From Lingula anatina (lineage: Eukaryota; Animalia; Brachiopoda): a stretch of DNA of 64,000 nucleotides. A program made the translations under genes and the position numbers. Where the stretch lies: contig CM120644.1 of the NCBI GenBank assembly GCA_051362555.1, forward strand, positions 9,494,954-9,558,953, read 5' to 3'. Below the pieces are notes generated by a model. The model worked only from the letters and a program-made list of their open reading frames with translations. It did not search any database and was not told where the DNA came from. Below, piece by piece: positions 49,901 through 63,754 of this stretch; position 1 is the stretch's first letter; every line of letters starts with the position of its first letter.

Positions 49901-52900
49901 GCGGAGTGTCAGGATATCGTCAGGGTTGGTTTTTAAAATTTTCTTATTGATTTTATTCTCTCTTGTTTGAACCTTCAACATTGTGCTGTAGAATGGCATC
50001 GCATAAAGTTACCAGAAAAGTGACAATCTGATGGAATTGGTTTTGATTGGACGGTCCATAAACTTGCATTCATTTCCAATGGCAGTATCAAAGCTGAACA
50101 GCAAAGCAGAATAAAGCAGAAAGTAAATTTGACTACCTTTCAATACCGTTGGTCCTCCAGTGAAAGCTACCTGATAAACGACCGAAATGTATTCAATTTA
50201 AATCTGTCTGTCCCATCACATAGTGCCTTACTTCTCATTTCTAAGGTTAAAATACCTTTGTTGGATATTATGTGCCATATTTTACCTATTTCTCTGTCTA
50301 TTTCTCACACTTTACTCACCTTTTTGTGTCTGTTGTTTCTTTCAGCGAGTTTGTCATCAGTACCAGAACTCGGATTACCGTGACGCCGTCTTGAAGAAGG
50401 TGGCCAAAAATTATTCTGATCACACCCAGGTAAGTTTAACGTCCAAAATGTATTTTACAAAGGGTCTTAACTAATTTCAAAACTGGTTAATATGAGGAAG
50501 AGCACATCCGTTATCTTAAAATAAATCTTTTATAGATGCTTATAACTTAAATTATATGCGAAAATGAATTCAATTTATATTAACTTAAATGCGGAACGGT
50601 ACCCCAGACACATCATTTCCATTTCAAATAAAATATATTCTCTTGTAAATTATTTTTCAGTATGAAGAGGCATTTGCAGACAGATCACCGTAAGAAATAT
50701 TTACATATTGCTTACTTTCCACAAGATTGCTTTATCTTTTTTGTATTAAATACAACCACTAGCTAAAGCTTACATTATCAAGTGGTCTGAAGATCGAAAT
50801 ATATTATACTCCGTGTAACTTGGCTCTTTGAGCCCGGATTTCGAGTTACAGGTAGGCAATGTTAATATTAATTTCAGCGTATAAAATGAATAAGCTTGTA
50901 CCTTAAAAATTGTTCAAGATAAACGATACTCTGAATCAATATAAGGTGTTACCATCATTCCACTGTTACCAGATACAAGGCCACGTGGCTTGAACAGTTT
51001 CGCGCTGTCACCTGGCGGTGTGGTCTGTCTAACATACGAAACCCAGGAATTACCAGAACGAGGCTGTTCCAGACATTGGTAAGTTTTAGCAATCACTAGT
51101 CTAGATTATAATTGATATAATATCTGATATGTTCACATTCCGCTAAGCTGTTTTTTTCTTAAAGAGTGATTTAAATTTAATTAATTAAGTTTGATTAATT
51201 AACATTGATTAAAACAATAAACTATTAACGGACAACAATGTAACTGTGCAACGTCTGTTGTTCAACTAGTAGTTGTAAAACGTGTTTTGAGTCCATTGGT
51301 CCTTAAAGTAAGTGGAAATATACCAGTAAATTATGGTGGCTGACGCCTGTCTATACTAAGTGTAGACATAATTTGTCTTATAATTTGCTGCAGGATACAG
51401 TTTTATTTTTTATAGTCATAGCAAGACTATACATGTTTATTAAAAATTGGCTTGTGACAAGGGAAAAAACAATTCTGTTTGATGCTTAGAAATGTCTCTT
51501 CAGTTCATTTCACTTCTTGTGGGCGCCATCTATTGGCAGCAGCCGAACACGTCTACTGCGGTACAGAATATTAACGGTGCCCTCTTTATTTGGATAACTA
51601 ACATGACAGCTGCTAATTGCTTTAATGTTGTGAACGTAAGTTTTTTATGGTTAATTGGCGTCACACTCCAATTTTCAAGAAAGGACATCCCATGTATCCG
51701 TACTTACTGACTAATGTGATGAAGCTAATGGAAAACCTTTCTGAAAACAAGGGTATGACGTCATTTAAATTTTGAAAAACAGTCTCCAAAAATTTACTTC
51801 ATGTTTTATACCATCATTTCAGTTTATCGCCGTGGTTGTCGGTTTGATTTATTGGCAGCAGCCAAACAGCCAAGCAGCCGTTCAGAACATCAATGGAGCC
51901 ATGTTTCTGTGGCTGACCAATATGACGTTTGCCAACTGCCTCAATGTTGTCAACGTAAGCGTCATTTGGAGCTTCACTGATGTTTACACATAAAACTAAT
52001 TTACACAGCCAGCGTTCTATCTGATATAAAATAAATATATAAATATATTACGTTCATTTGATTCCCCAAGAAGACCAAAACAATGTGGCCAACCGAAACT
52101 TTTTAACAAATGTCATTCATTTTTTTCTGAGTGGCTCAAATGTTGACAATTTTTTGCATTCCCGTCCGTTTTGGATGCAATGATGTCACCAGTACTTAAG
52201 AATGGGCAATTTTACATTTATTCGATGTTAGAATTTAAAAACGGTATTTCATGATGATACTTGTGAAAAAGGGTAAAAGCTAAACCGTTCTGAAATGGGT
52301 TCCGGTCAGCCACAGAAACCGAACACTTTTCCTTTTAACAACATTTTGGCAATACTTCAAAACTTTATGAATGTTTTACAAAGTTCTCTTGTTATATGTA
52401 CACAATATTTTATTTCTCGTTTTACTAATTTGATTAAGCCTATATATTATTTGAATTTACTTATATTACACCGACTGGTCGTGTGCAACGTACATTACCT
52501 GCATGTGAGATCTGCCCTTATTATGTCTGTTATATGATATGATATATATGATAGTGTCGATACCGAGTGTACTTGCACTTCCAGACGTTCCCATTAGAAA
52601 TGCCTGTATTCCGCAGAGAACACCACAACGGCATGTACAGAGCCGATGTTTACTTCCTGGGCAAAATGGCTGCTGAGGTAGAATTTCTATTAAAAATGCT
52701 AACCACAAGAACGACGGCACTGAAATTTTGTGATGTATTTTGTGATGAATTTGATTGATTGGTTGTGGATGTTAGCGTTATTTTAATTGATATACAGTAC
52801 TTCACTGATGAAAGTGTTCATTAGCAGTCAATGGTTGTGTAGGCAATCATTGCAGCAAGTTTGTTAATTTTTTTCTTGTTATCATCATTATTATTATTAT

Positions 52901-55129
52901 TATTATTTTTTTTTTTTTTGGGGTGGGGGGGATACAAAATATGGTAAGATGTTACTATGGCGTGTAACATATACAGGTACAGACGTTTTCCAACTCGGTA
53001 ATATAATCATTTATGACATTTTTCACAAAATATACTATTTAAAAGTAGAAACCACTGGTAACTGGTTACAATGTACCATCTGGCAAGTGTTAAAGTGTGG
53101 TTAGACATCTTCACATTACAAATGTAAAATTTTCCGATAATGTTGAGTGGAATTCAATTTCAGCTTCCCATATTCCTGTTCCTGCCAGTGATATTCGTGA
53201 CTATCAGCTATTGGATGATAGGTAGGCCACGTTACTTTCTCTCATGGTGGAGTTTGTGAAAATACTTTAATGGTAGAAGTGCCATTTTTTGAAAAAATTG
53301 CAATCAGTATATTTTTACCGAAATGTTTTTGAAGTGGTTGCATTTATCAAAGTCGCTTTCTCTGTCTGGATATGAAATTTTATTTTCTTCACAGGTCTGT
53401 ACCCGACGGCCGATGCCTTCTTCTACTCCATGGCAGTTGTGACACTAGTAACTCTGGTCGCCGTTTCTTGGGGTAAACAAGACTTCACATTGTTAAAAAA
53501 AACTTCCGAAATGTTTTAAAAAAATAAATAGTATTCCCATTATATTAATTCTGTTATCCTTTATATGTACGACTTTGAATGTATGCTAGTACGTGTAATT
53601 GTGTTTTTTGACAATTTTCTTCACAATTAATCTTCACAATAAAACATCTTTACTCCAGGTTACATTGTATCATGCGTCACAGACGACATTGTCATCAGTA
53701 CAGCTATAGCGCCACCTTCAATAATGCCGTTACTGCTGTTTGGTGGGTTCTTCTTGAACAACGCGTGAGTAAAAATTGGCTTCATTTTCAATAATGTTTG
53801 CTGCCTCAGCCCCCCCTTCTCTCACCCCACCCCCGCAATAAATGGCAGAGCCATTAAGAATTAAGACTGGACACATGCTCCGTCTTCTCAAATGGCCAAC
53901 ATCTCCTGACCAAGGCCATTCAAGTATTTTACCCTCATGTGCTATGATCGTCCTATATAAGCTGCTTCCATATCCCATGCAGATCCATCCGTTGGGCAAT
54001 ATCCTCTTGCTTGTGAGATACAGGACAATGTTGCTATTTTCATTTGGTTATTTTTGCTCATTATTATTTCGTAACCTAATTATTTTACACACTGACATTA
54101 CCAAAGAACTTACAGCTAAATATCTATATGCAATAATGTGATTTCAAGAGACGTAGATGACCAATGAAAACTTGGCCTGAAATGGGTTTTGTAAATCAAA
54201 GAACATTTCCAAAATATTGTGTCTTGTGATATTATTATTATTATTGTTATTGTTATTGGACAGAAATTGGTACTCACATATTTCAAATGTGTTGCAAGCC
54301 ATGTTATATAATCGCACTCTATTTTAGGTCTATTCCTCCGTACTTTACATGGCTGAGTTCCATATCGTGGTTTACATACGCCAATGAGCTTTTGGTTACT
54401 AACCAATGGGCGAATTATGGGAACATTAGTAAGATATATCTTTATTTGTCGTAATATTTTATTTGGCAATTTTTTGCTGTATTCTGTGAACACGAATCAC
54501 GTAGAATTCGGTTGCTTAGCAATCTGTCGTTGTTTAGGTGGTATAAATGATAAAAAATGTCGAAAAAGTAAATCGGTTTGGTAAACTCTCAAAACGAAGT
54601 AAAGGGCTTACGTTTGTAGGGGGAAAGGTGAAAGAATAGTTTAAAAGTTAAAATTTTAGATGCTGTCCATTAAAAGTCTACTATCCGGCACTTGTTTTAT
54701 CTCCGCCTGTCTCTTTCTATCGCTCTCTCTCTCCCTCTCTTACTGTGATGCCACATTACAATTCCAGCTTGCGCAGGAGCGGACAGTACACGATGTTACC
54801 AAGACGGACATGACGTCATAAGCAGCCTTGCCTTCACAGTGGTAATGTTCTGTTGATTTTTCAATATGTTGTATTAATAATACATGGTGCAATGTGTAAA
54901 ATGTTAAAACAATTGTGTAACAGACAAAATATAAACGAAAAATGAATATATTTTTGTGATATCTAAATCTGTGAAATTGTTGTTGGTCGTGTGTTGATAA
55001 AACAGCTTGATATTTTTTTTTCTTTTTCAGTCGGATGAAACGCTCAACTGGGTCGTTCTTGGTGCTATGATCCTCATCTTCAGAATATTTGCTTTCATTT
55101 GCTTTCTACTGCGATCGTACAAAAAGTAG
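43922..55129 (+). CDS. white: White-type ABCG half transporter, 706 aa; exons 43922-44333, 47534-47582, 47877-48063, 48326-48397, 48630-48728, 48990-49156, 49360-49431, 49822-49924, 50346-50429, 50661-50689, 50973-51078, (51504-51635 or 51823-51954), 52585-52677, 53164-53221, 53395-53472, 53659-53764, 54328-54428, 54768-54841, 55031-55129
   Basis: Walker [31 protein letters not shown], Walker [33 protein letters not shown]2 membrane domain. The exons join to a 2121-nt open frame. Confidence 0.92.
51504..51635 (+). CDS. white: white exon 12a (TM1-TM2): [44 protein letters not shown]
   Basis: CAG| acceptor and |GTAAG donor, 132 nt, phase 0-0, open. Confidence 0.88.
51823..51954 (+). CDS. white: white exon 12b (TM1-TM2): [44 protein letters not shown]
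   Basis: CAG| acceptor and |GTAAG donor, 132 nt, phase 0-0, open; paralogous to 12a. Confidence 0.88.
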
Positions 55130-56228
55130 ACTGACCTTCGATAGCGTTTTCCTGACGCAAAAAACTTTAAAAAAAGGAGGATGCAGCAAACGTGTGCTCC
55201 ACCAACGTTTTTCTTTTAATTATCCGTCCTCTCTGTTGATTCGTTTAATTTACATATATATATTTATGTTTTGTTATTCATCAGTTTTTATTCCCATATT
55301 TGTCTTATTATTTGTTTATTCAATTAAATTTTATGCAAAATACCATCATCTCTTGCTCTGACACTGAAGGCAAAATTTTAAAATTTATCTAGTAGTATAC
55401 CTCGTGTGGTTAGCTATGACATTGAAACGAGGCGAGTTGACGGTCAACAATCTCGGAAATGGTACAAGACAAGAAATGACGTGGATTTTTACACGTGGTT
55501 ATTCTTATAATTCTTTACAGTACTAGTGACAGCGATGGACTTTGCTATACATTACGTATGGACATATACTGTTGGCAGGATTATTTCAGTAGTAACGCGA
55601 AGGAAACGTGACGTACGTGGAATCTTTGCCGATAGCGACAAGCATGTTCATTATACCTGTAAGGTATATTACAAATTTACTAGAGACAAAACAAGGTGTA
55701 TGTATGATATATATGCAAGCTTTATTTAGTGTTGATATCTTTAATAACAGTAAATACGTAGACTGAAAATAAAGTCATATGCTTTCAATATAAAGGCATC
55801 ATTCTACTCTACCTGTAAAATAAAATAAGTACAAATTTGGTCATACAGTTATATTCATACTTCTGTAAAAAAGCACTTTTCATAACAAAGGGTATATTCA
55901 GCAAAATTGTCCTTTTTCATCCCTTGGCGAATTTTCTTCAGTAGTGTAATCATGTGAGAAATGATCGCATGGCTCTTCGTGGTTATAACGCAATTTCTGG
56001 TGAACATTTTCACAAGATTAACTGTCGTAACAATAGCACAAGCCTTAAAAAGTCCTTTACCATTTACACTGGGTATTTAGGTGGCCAAATAATTTTACAC
56101 AATTTTTACTTCACCAGAAATATAATCATAAGTATTACTTTAACGTACAGTTTATTTTTATTGCACCACGATTAGAGTAGAAATGTTATCAAAGACAGAA
56201 TGATGACTTTGTTTTAGAATTGCTTATT

Positions 56229-58637
56229 TTAAGGCTTTGCGAACAGAAACCGTGGTTCAATTTTTGACAAACATGACTCGTGTTTTTTAACCTCTCGTGA
56301 GCAATTTTCATCTGGCACTGATCCAATGTCAATGCGACGATACCCTCTTCTCATTTCAACCGTTTGTGCAACCGTGCTTGTGGATTCGGGATCTGATTCC
56401 TGGAATGAAAATTTACATTTGGTATCACATGTTGGCATGATGTGGCCTAGTTGATTAAGACATACTGATCAAAATTAAGAAAATGACAAGAGATATTTAC
56501 TGCAACTAAAACAATTCCTCTCTCGTTCTTTCTTTCGTTCATTCTAAACCATTATTGTAAAATAACTGGAAAAATATCTCCAGTAGGCGTATAAGATTAA
56601 AAACATATGAATTACCACTGGACGTCTAACATAGATATGTTCCCCTACGTACAAAATGTCACCCCCACCACGTTTACGCGTACTGCTACAAGGGCACCCA
56701 TAGTTTTAACTTAAAATAAAAACTAGGAAACCGATCGTCGTGTACATTTGCGATGCGAGTAGTATGACATTGACCTACCCAGCATAAGCATTATATACTT
56801 CAACGCAAGTTTTTTGATTTTGAGGCTCCTAAGTGAGAGGGATACATTTTGTACCAAAGGGTTGACATAGATAAGAGTTTTGACCCGCCGAATAGCCAAA
56901 AGGTTGGGTTGTTCCATGAGAATCAGTGGAGGGTTAGACATCATGACCAAATAGGAACATAGGCAAGATTGCCTGGTAAGGCCGACCAAAGGAAACAACA
57001 CCCAGAGAAGAGAGATTGCCAATACGCCTCCCTCGTAGAAAGCATTTCGTGATATTTAAAAGCTTGAGTAAACTTTTACAAAAACAAACCATTTTCTGAG
57101 TTTACCGTCAGAAGACGTTTGCACAGTTGTCGATTTGGCAGGGTTTCTGTTAGGAGACCAGCGATCACTGCCAGGAACCGTGTACGTCAAATCAGATGGT
57201 ATACCAGAACTCTGGCATAGACACCAGGCAATGACTGGGCATTGACAGTGTTCACAGACAAGAAGTGGTTAAAGGTTATCAGGATTATGGACGCTTACGG
57301 ATTTGGAGAACAGTTGGTAAGAAGTATCTTTCAAAAGTTCTGCCTCTGGTCGACAGGACGCACCCCACATACGTCTTGTACATTGGATGTATTGGCTACC
57401 ATGGTGAAGGCGAGCTCTCAGTGGTCACGAGAACCTTAATAAAGACCCATGCCACCAAATACTGGAAAGGAAACTAAAGAAATTATGTCGATAATATATT
57501 TGGTGGCCATGATCACCCATTTATGCATCAGTTTGATAACGCTACTCCGCGTAAAACCCAACGCAACAATAGGCTTTTTATATGCCAGCCAGACCCTGAC
57601 CCCGATAGCTCAATCCCTATATCAGAAAACTTTTCTCGGAAATGGATAACTGAGGCATAATTCTGCAAACAAAAATGTCCTCATACTATCTTTGCACCGT
57701 GTGTGAAAAGCCCTCATTGCACAAAAGTTACAGAGCTTTTTAACCAAACGCACAGACGAGTCAGATGGGTCCTCCAATCCTGAGGACACTGTTCAAAATA
57801 CCAAAATGTGACATTGAATTTTACTATTGTAAGCTTCTTCGTTGGTATTACAATCAGTACATTTTTGCGAAAGAAATCCTTTTAGAAGTTAGATAAAAAA
57901 AAATTGGCTCATGACATCATTTTCTGTATAATGTATTTTACGCCCTGCGTTAGGGGTGACAATTTCTTGCTAGGGGAGTATAGAATTCGCTTTACACATT
58001 TACTTATTCAATTAACCTATTGATTTACTATATGGTAATAAGTTTGGCTTGGTGTGACACGTTTCAAATACCTTTCCTTTAAAATCAAAAAAGTTCATAT
58101 AAGCATTTCGAAGTCAAACATACATGTATTTTAACTGAAATACCACAATCGGTTTTAAATATGAAAATGCTAGACCAAAAAGAAAAATTCAGAAAGATAT
58201 TACCGAAAAACAGAGTTTTGAAAAATTTACATCTTTTATACTCACACTGTTTAGACAGCAACAAAGTAGAGCTACACAAGGCAACAGTGTAACGAACACA
58301 ACAACAGTGTAGAAAAAGCCAACGGGCAGCGGAGTAATTGGACAGTTGTGGGCGTGGTCGCAGTACATGTAGAAGTAACCCTTCTCTGGGAGGCGATACC
58401 CACGTTGTTGTTGTTGTTGTTGGCCGTGTCTGGTTTGTTTAAAATGGAATTTGGCGCAGATCTTGTAGCAGCAGGAGCGGACTCAGTAGCGTTGTCGCTG
58501 TTATGTCTCTGGGAGACCGATCCATTTCCGATAGAGGGCGCCGAGGTATTCGTGTTATTGGTAAAAGAGGAAGTGGCATGGGGTGTTAAAATTATCAGTA
58601 TGGCGGTAATACTGCACAAAACCCCGCATGTATCCAT
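56229..58637 (-). pseudogene. Mucin-like type I membrane protein paralog 1, frameshifted just before the TM; probable last exon 56399-56229
   Basis: Signal peptide MDTCGVLCSITAILII and S/T/N-rich stalk. The TM GFFYTVVVFVTLLPCVALLCCC is in another frame and ends at a GTGAGT donor. Acceptor TTCCAG precedes ESDPEST...FAKP*. Confidence 0.55.
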
Positions 58638-60891
58638 TGGCTGAGATTGATCTGAAAAACGAAGACAAAATGCCCACATGGAAGGATCGACGGGGTGAGA
58701 AAATTTACGAAGATTGCCTTTTGCGTATCAAATGGATAATTTGGTTTTAATTACAGACTTGACATTTAAAATGTGATATTTCAGTTTCAAGGGTACGCCT
58801 GGGTAAATGCGTTTATTTAACTCCCATCTAATATTAGATATATGAATGCACAAGTGTGTAGTCAGGTGCGTAGCTACCAATTAATTGACTACCATTTCTG
58901 TTGCACTGCTGCATTGTTTGAATAGCAGGTTTGAATATCTGACGATCTCTGATATGAGGAACCCACTGTAAACAGCAAAACATCGTCGTCTTTTTTTTCT
59001 AATGAATTTGGGACCGTGATCGTTTCTGGGTACAACAATAAAACTGCGTGGTTTCCTTTATTACTGAGGTCAGATTTCACTTCTACCGCTCAAGTTGTCA
59101 AAATACAACATTAGTCAAAAAGGTTGTCCCACCCCCATTTCAAAGTACTTTTATTTACAAATGATCACCTCACAGCTGTGAACTGTTAGAAATAGTGCTT
59201 TTCATTACGGATACCGTGTCTAACATGGTTAATGGTTAAAAAAATACAAAATAGTGGTGAAAATATACACATTTTATACCATTTAGTAAAATTTATAAGA
59301 GGTACCCCCTCAAATCGACTGTTTCACTGTGACAACTACAGATGTAAAGAAATGTCTATAAAATTGAAAAGACGCCATCAAATGTCACCAAATTCACACA
59401 CAATTAATTTGGTCACTGAGTGACCGAAAGCTCTGTAATGTACAGTTTCAAGTGAGTGTAGTAGATTTTATAAAACAATTAAGACCTGGTGACCAGAAGG
59501 ATTTACTGTATCATTCACATTTTGGCAGGTGTTGTATATTTGAATATGTTTGTAAATTGTCAATATGAAAATCACCAAACATCGGAAGTTCATTAATGAT
59601 GAGTTAGAAATTAAACCTCCCCTATCTATGATGAAAAAATTGCAACTTTGAGGCCTGTCTTTCCAAAATTAAGGCGAAATTATCAACCACACAGCCATAG
59701 ATTAGTAAACATTTTTACAGTGTATACACAGCAGCAAACCCAATCAAATAAAATAATCAATACGTTAACTCCTTCTGTGAAGGAGTACGTGAAAGATATG
59801 GGTCACGTAGTGGTTTAGTGTTTATTCTTGTTTGCTACTTTGTATGTCTCATTTATGAAATAAGCAACATTTGTTCTCTTGGAAGTTAAATTTACTATTC
59901 ATCTAGATTATACAACTATACCTTACACATGGAAATTATTATAATATAAATACTTAATTTCACAAAACATTATTCTAACAGCAGTGGGCGTGTACCAGTG
60001 CTACAAGTACAGTACCTCTCGATTTTACATCAAATGAATGGCGTCGAATATTCACCTCGAATACGTAGGCCCTACTTGGTAACTGCCTAACAAACTTGAC
60101 TTACCCTGTTGACTTATTATTATGTGCAGGATAATTAAGATCACCACAAGCGTACTCCAGTGTATGCAGAAAGACTGAACTACATGTACATGAATGCCAA
60201 CGCTATCAAAAAACAATGATAAGAAATAGACAAGTTAACACATAAATAAATAAATGAGGCTCATGCAGGCTCACATGAGAAAAATTCATCGTGTGGAGAA
60301 CTAGTCGGTGCTTATACAATCATATAAGCAAGCATAACTGAGATATCGGGGCAAGTGTTAATTTCTTCTCATAACTTTCTTTTTAACAAATCAATCTGTA
60401 ACGCTAACTGGTCTGTTATACTACGAGATGGGAGAAGAGGATGATTTCCATGTTAGGCACGTATTTTTTTGTACATCTACATGATGCATTATAGTGGGGT
60501 AAAGTAAATATTAAGTATAGTGGGATTGAACAGTTTTGTCTGGGTCATTGATAAGCAATAAAAATAGATCAGCTGTAGGTTTAGGTCTCTTGAAAGTCTG
60601 TCATTTGGGGACAATTGAAGTGGGTCTTCATTGCAGGCTCAAAAAAGCTATATCAAGCTATATAATCAAGCAAAAAGGCCACAATCGACCCTAAGATCCA
60701 TCAGAGAAAAATTCAAAAATTATATTCCCGTCCTACAACGCAATTTTCGCTGCATCCTAAATTTTAACGAATTTCTCGATTTAAATCGGATAAAAATATC
60801 ACCATGTTAATAACTTGATTATAAGGAAATGAAATATACAAAAATAATAATAATTCCAGTATTTAGCAGTCCGAACACGAAACACGGTTCC

Positions 60892-61860
60892 TAGTCGGTG
60901 AGCGATCCACTTTCAGATAAATTCGGTTGTCTCCTTGATCGGTTTACCATTCTAAAGCACTTAAATGACTTAATCATACTACATCTGTGCACCAAAAACG
61001 AAAGCAAATACTAAAGAACATAAGAGCATAGTAATAAAGAATGTTGTAATTGCTGTTTCAAAAATATTGTTTCATTCAAGATATAAAGATATTTTGCCGA
61101 TTCATTTTTTTTTTTGTTTGTTTTAGCAATAAAAAATTATTTTTCTAGCATCTTTTTTGCTACTACAGAAGCTTTAAAACTGTAAACACATATCACAGCC
61201 CACACTTTAACAGCTGTGAGGTCAATCTATCGCGTACCTCTCTGCAGCCTCAACGGTCTACGTGCAGTTGTAAATAAATTTTCCCGAAGATAAATGACAT
61301 GAAATTCATATGTAAAAACCATATTTGTGACCACTGAATGCAGGTTCACCATTTTACATGGGCAATATCTTATCCTAGATAATCTCTCTTTGCCAGAAGA
61401 AACTCACACCAAGCTGCTGTCAATCTGTCAAGATAGTATATTTAGAATTTAAAGGATGAAGAGTAACCAGAAGTAACTGGCTCTATCTCTGACAACAAAA
61501 CACTTGACTGGGTCTTCCCACCTGCTGACACTATTGAAAAAAAATAGCAGCATCATATACATGTACAAATGTACTTAACCACTGTAGGCCTAGAGGCCAG
61601 TATTGTCTGACTCCAGTTGCTTTCCTTCAATGATATACCAGCAGGTTTCATCAGAGGATTTCCCACAAATCTGTTAAAATTCTGGGACAATATTGACTTT
61701 AAGGAAGAAACTCTCACTGGGGCTGGAACTACCCACAATTCTAATAGCATAACGCTTCAAAGAGAGCACCTAAATGTGTCACTGCCAAGCCAAGGGAGAC
61801 AGTCGTTGACGAAAAAGAAAGTCTTTGCGATTACAAGAAACAGTCCTGAGTTTAACATAC
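60892..61860 (+). mobile_element. Academ-like DNA transposon remnant with decayed transposase
   Basis: Fragments KLLSICQDSIF, SLTTKHLTGSSHLLTLL, IPAGF...WDNIDFKEETLTGAGTTHNSNSITLQ recall Academ transposases; a TAGTCGG start at 60892 may be the left end (uncertain). Confidence 0.6.
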
Positions 61861-62301
61861 CTATAGAAATCAATATCAACATGTATGATGATTAGAATAA
61901 TGCTGTGACTTTTTACAATGAGATTTAAATATGAATGGAGCTCCCATGCAGTACGTGTAATATATTCTCTTTTCTGTATATTAGGGTTGACACTTTTCAG
62001 CAAACTAAGGGAGTAATGTATTAGTTTGAAACATTTATTTAATAGAGTAACCTATTGATTTACTATATGGTGATCAGTTTGATTTGGTGTGGCACTTTTC
62101 AAAAAGCAATACTTTTCCTTCATGATCAAAGAAGTTCATATAAGCAGTTTGAAGTAAACCTATCTGTATTTTCATTGAAATAACAAAGCGGGGGTTAAAA
62201 GATGATAATGGTACATGTAGACCCCTCCCACCCAAAAAAAAAATAAAAAAAAAAAATCAGGAAATAAACTTGCTGAAAAACAGAGTTTTACAACGTTTAA
62301 C

Positions 62302-62718
62302 TTAAAATTTACATCTTTTACTTACTCTGTTACATAAGCAACACAGTAGGCCTACAGTAACCAACACTGCAACGAACACAGCAACAGAGCAGGTAAAGCC
62401 ATTCATCGCAGTACATATACCTTTGGTACCGGCAGTTGTGGGCATGGTCGCGGTAGAAGTAACCGTTCTCTGGGAGGCGATACCCATGTTGTTGTTGTTG
62501 TTGGCCATGTCCGGCTTGTTTATGCTGGAAATTGGCGCAGATCTTGAAGCAGTTGGGGCGGGCTCAGTGGCGTTGCCGCTGCTAGGTCTCTGGGAGACCG
62601 ATCCATTTCCAGTAGAGAACACTGAGATACTCGTGTAATTGGTATAAGAGGAAGGGACGTGAGGTGTTAAAACTATCAGTATGGCGGAAACAGTGCACAA
62701 AACAACGCATGTATCCAT
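62302..62718 (-). CDS. Mucin-like (S/T-rich, N-glycosylated) type I membrane protein paralog 2, main exon
   Basis: Acceptor TTTCAG upstream, signal peptide, NYT/NGS/NAT sequons, TM VAVFVAVLVTVGLL, CCLC, then AGA|GTAAGT probable donor. Paralogous to 58272-58637 including flanks. Confidence 0.65.
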   Translation of the reverse strand: MDTCVVLCTVSAILIVLTPHVPSSYTNYTSISVFSTGNGSVSQRPSSGNATEPAPTASRSAPISSINKPDMANNNNNMGIASQRTVTSTATMPTTAGTKGICTAMNGFTCSVAVFVAVLVTVGLLCCLCNRVSKRCKF

Positions 62719-63531
62719 TGGCTGAGAGCGATCTGAAAGATTAAAACAAAATGCACACATGTGTGAGGAAATTTACCACGGTTGCCTTTTGCAAAACTAA
62801 TGGGCATGATTTTGGTTTTAATTAGTTTCAGGAGGGTGGTTTTGATAAATTTCATCATACTGTATAAACCTGCTATTGTAGGACAGAATGCCATCAAAGA
62901 TAATAGTTAAGTTAGCCATTGATATACAAATTAAAATGTACACATAACGGGAATTAGACTGTTATTTGGGTTAAATATTAAAAGTATAAAATTGCGTCAT
63001 GTCGATATTACAGGTAGATTGCTGATACACGGTAGTTGTACTACCGATGATGACCTACATTATGTCTTACCTACATTAGGTCTAATTCAAGGTTAAGAGT
63101 TTGATCTGAATGCGTGGACTATCGTCTGGACCAGTGGCGGATTTAGAGGGGTCAATTTCACCTTCGATTTCTGGTCCTCTCTTGAAATTAAAATGTTCAC
63201 TAGCTGAATCATAGTTACCATCATTCTCTGAAACTCGACTGTGCGATTTAAACAAACACTTATTTCCCAAAACGAATGAGGTCACCTGATTTAGTGTCCT
63301 TGCTGATGTTGTACGTATCATGTGCTACACATTTCTGTTCACCTTGACGTTAAGATTATTTTTTATCTGGTTTGTCAGGATAATATGACTATACCTTACA
63401 CATGAAGGTTTGATTCTTCCAGCCTGATATCAAAATGGACGCGTACCACTCGGTTTCACATCAAATGAAGTGCGTCGGTTGAAAACTCATGATGACAGAT
63501 TCACCCCGAATAACTTCCTAGCCGCTGCTTA

Positions 63532-63754
63532 TACCCCCTTTACACTGGACGGCGTCCTTTCTGCGTCCTCTCTGCGACCATGAAATTTGGCAACGCTGTG
63601 GTCTTAATAAGGAGGCACGAGCATGGATTTTGTATCAGAATGAATGCTCAATGAACAGCAAGTTGTCGGCACGTAAAGTATTATAATTTTTTAACTCTCA
63701 AATGGGGCCGGACTGCTGGACGCAGAGAGGACGCCGTCCAGTGTAAAGGGGGCT
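63532..63754. mobile_element. PIF/Harbinger-like MITE
   Basis: ~35-bp TIR CCCCCTTTACACTGGACGGCGTCCT(T/C)TCTGCGTCC at both ends; TTA on both sides (63529-63531, 63755-63757). Confidence 0.85.

Noticed and set aside
56560-57960. Less AT-rich stretch with short ORFs, possibly a decayed transposon
   Set aside because: No motif, TIR or TSD that I can support.
63071-63340. Possible minus-strand exon (ORF 63082-63321, GTAAG donor near 63070)
   Set aside because: Could be a 5' UTR exon of paralog 2, but frame and product cannot be established.
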